The notes under the pieces are model-generated. The model did no database searches and had not been told where the DNA came from. It worked only from the letters and a program-made list of their open reading frames with translations. Position numbers and translations under genes: made by a program. A DNA stretch of 64,000 nt. Origin: Patescibacteria group bacterium. Its GTDB lineage: Bacteria > Patescibacteriota > Patescibacteriia > UBA1558. Of the stretch, positions 57,455 to 64,000 are shown piece by piece (positions within the stretch are counted from its first letter, which is position 1; the number at the start of each line of letters is the position of its first letter). The stretch covers positions 2,590 to 66,589 of the forward strand of contig JADHUR010000003.1 of assembly GCA_016784445.1 (NCBI GenBank), written 5' to 3'.

Positions 57455-57850
57455 TCACTGGTCAGTTGCAAGGGCAAGAGCTAATTTGTAACTCTTGTTT
57501 TTGTAGAAGGCATAGGCAGTGAAGAATATTTCTACTGCAATGATTACTACAGCAATTAAACCTGCAATCGTGGTTGTTATCAAGGATAGAATTGGTGTGT
57601 ATTCATAACCAACATAAATACTTGTTACGAGAAAGACAGATGCTATCCATAAAGATAGGTAAATGAATGCCATATTGAATATGGTTGTAAATATTCTTGG
57701 TAATACATCGAATATGCTAAGTGCCATTGACACCAGGAATAAACTTAAGATAATTCCGAATACACGAGAATCAACTTCGAAGATATACACTGGTGATTTA
57801 GCTACCCAAACAAGATAGGGAGCAATTACGTCAAGAATAAACTGTTGCAT
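57455..57850 (-). CDS. Polytopic membrane protein (131 aa), hypothetical
   Basis: Four hydrophobic helices. Minus strand. SD-like ggaggt upstream at about 57855. Confidence 0.35.
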   Translation of the reverse strand: MQQFILDVIAPYLVWVAKSPVYIFEVDSRVFGIILSLFLVSMALSIFDVLPRIFTTIFNMAFIYLSLWIASVFLVTSIYVGYEYTPILSLITTTIAGLIAVVIIAVEIFFTAYAFYKNKSYKLALALATDQ

Positions 57851-57934
57851 TATTAACCTCCTAAGGTTTTATATGGTTTTTTTTATGTACTAAGTTATAA
57901 TAACTGTATATCACATTTACTATATTTTGTCAAT

Positions 57935-57966
57935 AGTAAAAAAAACCCTACTGAAGTAGGGTTTTT
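57935..57966 (-). terminator. Intrinsic terminator for the minus-strand gene ending at 57982
   Basis: aaccctac-tgaa-gtagggtt hairpin with flanking A8 and T5 tracts. Confidence 0.65.
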
Positions 57967-57981
57967 GTTAAATAGCGTGTT

Positions 57982-58455
57982 TTAATCACTGAAATCAAAT
58001 GCATCAAACAGATCTGATAGCATCTTTTGAGCATTAGATAGCTCAAGAGCTTGAGGTTCTGTAATTTGCTTTTTGTAGTACGCATACATGAGAACAAGGC
58101 ATTCATCTCCGAGTTCAGGCAGGCCAGAAAAGCCAATACAGGTGCCATTTGGCAGTCGTACGCTACCGCCCCAATGATTTTTCTCTTCATCACGCGTTTC
58201 GTAGGATGCATTGGTTTTTGGAAATTTTACCAGTCTTGCAATCTTTTCTTGGGCAAAAATACAATATTTCTGCATTTTGTCGTTTGGGACATTACCAATC
58301 GGTAATACAGCGAGCTCATTGAAAAGATCATTTCCTTGATCAGGATTAATGGCAATAAAGCCACCAGTCTTGTCATTGTCAAATCTTTTGTTAATGAGTT
58401 GAAACATTCTCAAGAGAACACCATGATCTCTTGCTAAAACTTCATATGCGTTCAT
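57982..58455 (-). CDS. Hypothetical cytoplasmic protein (157 aa)
   Basis: ORF with slightly GC-richer composition. No TM and no recognised motif. Confidence 0.35.
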   Translation of the reverse strand: MNAYEVLARDHGVLLRMFQLINKRFDNDKTGGFIAINPDQGNDLFNELAVLPIGNVPNDKMQKYCIFAQEKIARLVKFPKTNASYETRDEEKNHWGGSVRLPNGTCIGFSGLPELGDECLVLMYAYYKKQITEPQALELSNAQKMLSDLFDAFDFSD

Positions 58456-58614
58456 TAGGACCTCCTTAAGGTATGACTTTTATTGATTATTAAATGTACT
58501 ATTAGTAGATTAATTTAGTATATATTTAGATAATTGTCAAGGATAGCTGTGTATTAATCTATCTTGCACATTTATAATTTACATGCTAAACTGTTCTTAC
58601 TTTTTAGAAATAGA

Positions 58615-60300
58615 ATGGCAATTAAACAAAGTTTAACAAGGAAAAAAGTTTGGTTAACATTTGCTGGAATAGTGATTCTAGCAATTTTTTCTGTTTTAAC
58701 TGTTTTTCCTAATTTGCCATCAAGTATTCCTGGTAATGAATGGTTTAATAAATTTGCACCAAAACTCGGCCTAGATTTACAAGGTGGAGCACATTTAATC
58801 TATGAAGGGGAAGTAGAAAATTTATCTTCAGAGGACACCGGTGCTGCTATGGAGGGTGTTAGGGATGTTATTGAGAGAAGAGTTAATGCATTTGGAGTTT
58901 CTGAGCCTATTGTACAGGTTAGTGGTAATAATAGATTGATTGTAGAGTTAGCTGGTGTATTTGATATCAATGAAGCTATTAAACAAATAGGTGAGACACC
59001 ATTATTAGAATTTAAAGAGCAAAATCCAGAAGCTTCTGCTGCTCCAGAACTTACAGAAGAGCAACAAGCTGAAATGGATGCATATAATGCTCAGGCAGAG
59101 ATTAGTGCTAAAGATATACTTGCTAGAGTAAATTCTGGTGAAGATTTTAGTACACTTGCTGCTCAATTTTCTGAAGATCCAGGATCTAAAGATAATGGTG
59201 GAGATTTAGGATTCACAAAGAAGGGTGCTTTTGTACCAGAATTCGAAGAAGCTTTATGGAATAATTTAGAAGTTGGACAAGTATCAGCTGAACCAATTAA
59301 AACACAATTTGGTTATCATATAATTAAAAAAGATGAAATAAGAGGTGAAGGGGAAGAACAGGAAGTGAAGGCTAGTCATATATTGGTTTCTATAAAGTCG
59401 ATTTATGATTATGCACCTCCAGTTGATCAATGGTTGCCTGCAGAACTTACTGGTAAACATTTAAAGAGATCAGAAGTTATATTTGATCCTCAAACTGGCG
59501 CGCCTACTGTTAGTTTAACTTTCAATGATGAAGGTAAAGATTTATTTGCTATAATTACAGCTAGAAATATTAATAGACCAGTAGCTATTTTCCTTGATGG
59601 TTCAGCAATTTCTGTTCCAACAGTGAATGATACTATAACTCAAGGTGAGGCTATTATTTCAGGAAACTTTGACTTACAAGAAGCAAAATTACTTGCACAA
59701 CGTTTAAATGCTGGTGCATTACCTATTTCTATTACACTGATTAGTGAACAGACAGTTGGACCTACACTTGGTCAAATATCTTTAAATAAGAGTTTGCAAG
59801 CAGGACTTATTGGTTTAATGCTAGTTGCTCTATTTATGCTTATATTCTATAGATTACCTGGACTTCTAGCAGTTATAGCACTTGCTATCTATACGGCTAT
59901 AGCTCTTGCTATCTTTGTATTATGGCCTATTACATTAACACTAGCTGGTATTGCTGGATTTATTCTATCTATTGGTATGGCGGTTGATGCAAATGTACTT
60001 ATTTTTGAAAGAATGAGAGAAGAGCTTAGAAATGAAAAGCCACTAGCATCTGCTATTGAAGATGGTTTTATAAGAGCTTGGGCATCTATTAGAGATTCAA
60101 ATATTTCAAGTTTAATTACTTGTTTCATATTAATCTGGTTTGGTAGTGGAGTTATTAAAGGTTTTGCTTTAACATTAGGTATTGGTATTCTTGTTTCAAT
60201 GTTTTCCGCTATAATTATTACCAGAACATTTTTAAGAATGCTATCTAAAGTATTAGCTAAAAAGAGTATGTGGTGGTTTAATGCTTCAATAAAGAAATAA
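58615..60300 (+). CDS. secD: Protein translocase subunit SecD with an inserted parvulin-like (PpiC) PPIase domain
   Basis: SecD N-terminus and LGLDLQGGAHLIYE. C-terminal 6-TM RND-like bundle. The periplasmic head contains ..FSTLAAQFSEDPGSKDNGGDLGFTKKGAFVPEFEEALWNNLEVGQVSAEPIKTQFGYHIIKK.. (parvulin signature). Start taken at MAIKQS (58615), not the track's 58564. Confidence 0.75.
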   Translation: MAIKQSLTRKKVWLTFAGIVILAIFSVLTVFPNLPSSIPGNEWFNKFAPKLGLDLQGGAHLIYEGEVENLSSEDTGAAMEGVRDVIERRVNAFGVSEPIVQVSGNNRLIVELAGVFDINEAIKQIGETPLLEFKEQNPEASAAPELTEEQQAEMDAYNAQAEISAKDILARVNSGEDFSTLAAQFSEDPGSKDNGGDLGFTKKGAFVPEFEEALWNNLEVGQVSAEPIKTQFGYHIIKKDEIRGEGEEQEVKASHILVSIKSIYDYAPPVDQWLPAELTGKHLKRSEVIFDPQTGAPTVSLTFNDEGKDLFAIITARNINRPVAIFLDGSAISVPTVNDTITQGEAIISGNFDLQEAKLLAQRLNAGALPISITLISEQTVGPTLGQISLNKSLQAGLIGLMLVALFMLIFYRLPGLLAVIALAIYTAIALAIFVLWPITLTLAGIAGFILSIGMAVDANVLIFERMREELRNEKPLASAIEDGFIRAWASIRDSNISSLITCFILIWFGSGVIKGFALTLGIGILVSMFSAIIITRTFLRMLSKVLAKKSMWWFNASIKK

Positions 60301-60301
60301 T

Positions 60302-61201
60302 ATGTTTAATATAATTGGTAAAAGAAAATATTGGTTTGGACTTTCAACAGTACTTGTTGCATTGAGTATTATTGCCATTTTAGTATTTGGTTTAAATTAT
60401 GGCATAGACTTTACTGGTGGTAGTATTATGGAATTAGAGTTAGTAGACGCTAGTTTAGATAATGCAGAAGTAGATCAAATATTAACAGATTTAGAAATTA
60501 CAGAGTCAGTTATTCAACCAGCTGGAGATAATACATTACTTATCCGTACCGGTCATTTAACAGAACAGCAACATAATCAAATATTTACTAATTTAGAGAC
60601 TAAGGTTATTCAGCAAGAGGGAAGTATTACTCAGCTTAGATATGATTCTATTGGACCAACAATTGGTAAAGAATTAAAAGGTAAAGCAATGACATCTTTA
60701 TTTGTTGTAATGCTTGCTATAGTTGCATATATTGCATTTGCATTTAGAAAAGTTTCTTTTCCAGTCGCTTCTTGGAAATATGGCTTGTCAGCAATAGTTG
60801 CACTTGCTCATGATGTAATTATTACGGTTGGATTATTTAGTGTTCTAGGATATTATTTTAATTTTCAAGTAGATACTCTATTTGTTACAGCCTTGCTTAC
60901 TATTATGGGATTTTCTGTTCACGATACTATTGTTACTTTTGATAGAACTCGTGAGAATTTATTCCGTACACATGATTTAACATTTGCACAAATTGTAAAT
61001 ACTAGTATTAATGAAACAATTGTTCGTTCATTGAATACTTCACTTACAACATTACTTGTACTAGTATCTGTATATTTCTTTGGTGGTGTTTCTATACAAC
61101 AGTTTATATTAACAATGATATTCGGTATTATTATTGGTACTTATTCATCTATATTCCTAGCAAGTCCACTATTAATGGTTTGGTATAAGCTAAAGCAATA
61201 G
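60302..61201 (+). CDS. secF: Protein translocase subunit SecF
   Basis: GIDFTGGSIMELE, six-TM bundle. Follows secD. Confidence 0.85.
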   Translation: MFNIIGKRKYWFGLSTVLVALSIIAILVFGLNYGIDFTGGSIMELELVDASLDNAEVDQILTDLEITESVIQPAGDNTLLIRTGHLTEQQHNQIFTNLETKVIQQEGSITQLRYDSIGPTIGKELKGKAMTSLFVVMLAIVAYIAFAFRKVSFPVASWKYGLSAIVALAHDVIITVGLFSVLGYYFNFQVDTLFVTALLTIMGFSVHDTIVTFDRTRENLFRTHDLTFAQIVNTSINETIVRSLNTSLTTLLVLVSVYFFGGVSIQQFILTMIFGIIIGTYSSIFLASPLLMVWYKLKQ

Positions 61202-61223
61202 GGAATTAATAGGTATTAATATA

Positions 61224-61249
61224 ATGACCCGTTTTTGGGTCATTTTTTG
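61224..61249 (+). terminator. Intrinsic terminator after secDF
   Basis: atgaccc-gttttt-gggtcat followed by T6. Confidence 0.7.
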
Positions 61250-61391
61250 TTTGTTTGGTTCTAGCCCTTGACAGTATTGGATATAATTGGTAATCTATAG
61301 AAGATATTGACTTTTACTAGAAAAAATGCTATATTTTATTTATATTAGCTTTTAGTCTATATCTTGCTTAAATAAAATAATACACAAGATT

Positions 61392-62516
61392 ATGAGTAAT
61401 TTAGACACTACAAATTCAATTTTAGATAAGGTTATTTCCTCACAAACAGCTGAGGATATTGCTAATTTTGAACCTAGTTCAATTTTAAATCTATTATTTT
61501 CCGCTCTTTCAGAGAGAGAGAGGGATGTTATTGTCCATAGATATGGTTTAGATGAGAAAGAGGCTAAAACATTAGAAGAAATTGGTAAACTATTCGATGT
61601 TACACGTGAGCGTATTCGTCAGATTGAAAATAGTACTATTAAGAAAATACGTAATCATCCTGAAATTGAAGCTAGTTTAAAGCCTGTTGAGAATATGATC
61701 TCAGATATTTTAGAAGAACATGGTGGTGTTATGAGAGAAGATTCTCTATATGAAAATATTTTAAATTACGGTACTACTAGAAATATAGATAGAGCTGCTA
61801 CTTCATTTATTATCTCAAAATTACTTGATCATAAATTAGATAAGGTTGTTAAAGACAAGAGAATGCATGATAGTTGGAAGCTACCAACTGCAGAAGTAGG
61901 TTTTGTTGAAGATTTAATTGATGATTTAGTAGAAATATTAAAAGATAGAGATGAACCGCTTGCACGTAGAAATATATTAGAAAAAATGCAAAATCGTCCT
62001 ATTAATGAAAAGTATGCTAATCGTGTAAATGAAAAGGCAGTTAATAATGCACTAGACTTAACAAATAAGATTAATAGTAATCCTTTTGATGAATGGGGAC
62101 TAGCAAATTGGAGATCAATCAAACCAAAGAGAATGAATGATAAGATTTCTATTGTTATGCGAAAAACAGGTAAGCCATTACATTTCACTGAAATTGCAGA
62201 AAAGATTAATGAAGCTAAGTTTGATAATAAAACAGCCTATCCAGCAACTATACATAATGAATTAATATTGGATGAACAGTATGTACTTGTGGGACGTGGT
62301 ATTTATGCATTAAAAGAATGGGGTTTTCAACCAGGAGTTGTAGCAGATGTTATAACTGCAGTTATGAATGAATCAGGAAAACCAATGACTAAAAATGAGA
62401 TTGTAGAAAAGGTGTTAGAAAAGAGAATGGTAAAACAAAGTACTATTCAATTAGCACTTATGAATAAAAAAAGATTCAAACGCATTGAGCGTAATAAATA
62501 TTGGATCGCAGATTAA
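61392..62516 (+). CDS. Sigma-70 region-4-like HTH protein with C-terminal HARE-HTH-like winged-helix domain(s)
   Basis: N-terminus [50 protein letters not shown] matches sigma70 region 4.2. No regions 2 or 3. C-terminus [25 protein letters not shown] resembles the HARE-HTH / RNAP delta-subunit N-domain. Confidence 0.45.
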   Translation: MSNLDTTNSILDKVISSQTAEDIANFEPSSILNLLFSALSERERDVIVHRYGLDEKEAKTLEEIGKLFDVTRERIRQIENSTIKKIRNHPEIEASLKPVENMISDILEEHGGVMREDSLYENILNYGTTRNIDRAATSFIISKLLDHKLDKVVKDKRMHDSWKLPTAEVGFVEDLIDDLVEILKDRDEPLARRNILEKMQNRPINEKYANRVNEKAVNNALDLTNKINSNPFDEWGLANWRSIKPKRMNDKISIVMRKTGKPLHFTEIAEKINEAKFDNKTAYPATIHNELILDEQYVLVGRGIYALKEWGFQPGVVADVITAVMNESGKPMTKNEIVEKVLEKRMVKQSTIQLALMNKKRFKRIERNKYWIAD

Positions 62517-62644
62517 TTAAAATAAAAATAAAGCAATAGGGCAGATGCTTGCTGCCTACTTACTTTATAGATTGCACCCCCATGCAGCTATATATCGATT
62601 TATCATATTTTGAATATTTAGGAAGTCTATCCGTTCCCCACATT

Positions 62645-64000
62645 ATGTGGGAGTTGTTCATATCAGGCGGATGGATTTTTTTTATTATCATTTTGTTATG
62701 GTTTCTATGGGAAGAGTGGATAATTGCTAGACAAGATAAATGGATGTCAGACAAGAAATTTACACTTCTTGCTATAGATGTACCTAAAGATAATGAGCAG
62801 TCTCCAATGGCAGTTGAGCAAATGATGACAAATTTAGCTGGTGCACATGCACCATATAGTAAATGGGAATTATGGTGGGAAGGTGCTGTTCAATTATGTT
62901 TTTCACTGGAAATTGTTTCCATAGATGGATATATACAATTTTTAATTAGAACTCCAGATTTCTTAAGAGATATGGTAGAAGCAGCTGTTTATGCTCAATA
63001 CCCAGAAGCTGAAATTACCGAAGTAGAAGATTATGTAGATTCTATTCCAGATATATATCCAAATGATACACATAATTTTTGGGGTTCTGAACTTGAACAA
63101 GTTAAACATTGGGCTTATCCAATTAGAACATATAAAGAATTTGAACACGGACTTACTCAAGAGCTTAAAGATCCGATGGCAGCACTTCTAGAAATGTTTT
63201 CAAGACTTGGTAAGGGAGAGCAGGCTTGGTTTCAAATAATTGTTAAACCAGGAGACTATAGTTGGCAGGGTAAAGGTAAGGCTGTAGTAGATAAAATGAT
63301 GGGTAAGGCGCCAAAGATTACAACTGGACCATTCGGAGCAGCTGCTGGTGCAATTGCATCAGAAGCAGCCGCTTGGGGCGTCGAAGCTACTAATTCACTA
63401 TTTGGTACACAACTTGAAATTGGGGCAGACAGTACTCCACAAGATGATTCAATGTCTATGTTTAAAATGTCACCACTAACAAGACATACTTTAGAAATGG
63501 TAGAAAGAAAAATAGCTAAAGAAGGATTTGAATGTAAGATCAGACTGGTATATGTAGCGGAGAAGGCTGCTTGGAAAAAAGCACAAAGAGTTGGTACTTT
63601 CTTTTCTGTTGTTAAGCAATTCGGTTCATCTAATGGTAATTCTTTTAAACCATCTAAGGCAGCAACAGTTAAAGCTAATTATCTATTTGCTGAACAAAGA
63701 AAGATTATTAAAACAAATAAATTAGCCGATGCATATAAATCACGTTCTTCATGGAAAGGTATGCCTACCTTTGTATTAAATTCTGAGGAACTTGCTACAC
63801 TTTATCATTTCCCAGCATTTACTATCAAAGCACCTCTTCTTAAGAGAACAGAAGCCAAGAAAGGCGAGCCGCCTTCATCACTCCCTATGGATGCAGATAA
63901 TCCATTAATAGTTCCAGATGAAGCAGTGGTAGTAAAAAAGCCTCAAGAAAAAGAAGAATCTAAACAATATTTACCAGACAGTTTAAAGGATTATGATTTT
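62645..64000 (+). CDS. Large membrane-anchored protein, 5' portion (at least 451 aa, continues past the window end)
   Basis: Uninterrupted frame from the ATG at 62645 (MWELFISGGWIFFIIILLWFLWEEW.., one N-terminal TM) to position 64000. Absent from the ORF track because no stop lies in the window. No recognisable motif. Confidence 0.45.
   Translation, partial: MWELFISGGWIFFIIILLWFLWEEWIIARQDKWMSDKKFTLLAIDVPKDNEQSPMAVEQMMTNLAGAHAPYSKWELWWEGAVQLCFSLEIVSIDGYIQFLIRTPDFLRDMVEAAVYAQYPEAEITEVEDYVDSIPDIYPNDTHNFWGSELEQVKHWAYPIRTYKEFEHGLTQELKDPMAALLEMFSRLGKGEQAWFQIIVKPGDYSWQGKGKAVVDKMMGKAPKITTGPFGAAAGAIASEAAAWGVEATNSLFGTQLEIGADSTPQDDSMSMFKMSPLTRHTLEMVERKIAKEGFECKIRLVYVAEKAAWKKAQRVGTFFSVVKQFGSSNGNSFKPSKAATVKANYLFAEQRKIIKTNKLADAYKSRSSWKGMPTFVLNSEELATLYHFPAFTIKAPLLKRTEAKKGEPPSSLPMDADNPLIVPDEAVVVKKPQEKEESKQYLPDSLKDYDF

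Noticed and set aside
62540-62600. Short hairpin ggcag-atgcttg-ctgcc after the sigma-r4 gene
   Set aside because: No following U-tract, so it is weak as a terminator. It may be part of the 5' UTR of the downstream long ORF.
62560-62754. 64-aa minus-strand ORF from the ORF track
   Set aside because: Fully overlapped by a much longer plus-strand open frame (62645 to window end) with coding-like composition. Probably spurious.
1-64000. Search for CRISPR arrays, tRNA/rRNA genes, transposases, integrases, phage genes and restriction-modification systems
   Set aside because: No direct-repeat/spacer periodicity, no cloverleaf-compatible GC-rich 75-nt islands with T-loop consensus in intergenic regions, and no proteins with DDE/tyrosine-recombinase or phage structural motifs were recognised by eye.

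Overview
This 64 kb window is AT-rich (about one-third GC), gene-dense and almost entirely co-directional. Many adjacent genes share 4-nt ATGA stop/start overlaps and the genetic code is standard. These traits, together with a high density of type IV pilin-like genes and no respiratory genes, look like a streamlined, fermentative, uncultivated bacterium, probably CPR/Patescibacteria-like. That placement is an inference from gene content, not from a search.

Gene content in order of position:
- 1-4.8 kb, minus strand: an rpmE / prfA / prmC block.
- 4.9-10 kb, plus strand: tag, rpsB-tsf-pyrH, a RicT/YaaT (PSP1-domain) homologue sitting where frr normally follows pyrH, and gap.
- 10.6-12.9 kb: a large secreted M23 peptidase that carries a T9SS-type C-terminal sorting domain.
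- 13.0-17.5 kb: a TrmH-family methyltransferase, then a signalling block of a PAS/coiled-coil protein, a sensor-like membrane protein, a HAMP/PAS histidine kinase and a receiver-only response regulator.
- 17.5-27.3 kb: a type IV pilus locus with pilB, pilC, four pilin/pseudopilin genes, a PilM-PilN fusion and a promoter-driven major pilin. One pilin-like gene encodes a 987-aa protein with LamG and LVIVD beta-propeller repeats.
- 27.3-34.3 kb: a fermentative ATP module of a PfkB sugar kinase, a PduL-type phosphotransacylase, acetate kinase and a four-subunit 2-oxoacid:ferredoxin oxidoreductase. A pilin gene is inserted between its alpha and beta subunits.
- 34.3-36.1 kb: a candidate RiPP-like cluster. 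It has an unlisted 29-aa Lys-rich, Cys-containing peptide gene with its own promoter and RBS, then an attenuator-like hairpin, then a radical-SAM/SPASM maturase and a small SAM methyltransferase.
- 36.3-52.1 kb: a ParB/Srx-like protein, recJ, RNase H, holB, a BNR-repeat lipoprotein, frr, rseP, proS, mreBCD, PBP2, greA, a second mreB paralogue and a GT4 glycosyltransferase. Two small minus-strand membrane-gene pairs interrupt the plus-strand run.
- 52.1-57.4 kb: a polysaccharide cluster of a polyprenyl-P sugar phosphotransferase and three more GT4 glycosyltransferases. A clearly recognisable bacterial RNase P RNA (rnpB) lies at its 5' edge.
- 58.6-64.0 kb: secD (with a parvulin-like domain inserted in its periplasmic region) and secF, a protein combining sigma-70 region 4 with a HARE-HTH-like C-terminus, and a long unlisted ORF running off the 3' end.

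A GC-enriched region at 10.1-10.5 kb, bracketed by a promoter and two intrinsic terminators, is a candidate structured ncRNA. I found no CRISPR array, no tRNA or rRNA, and no transposase or integrase.
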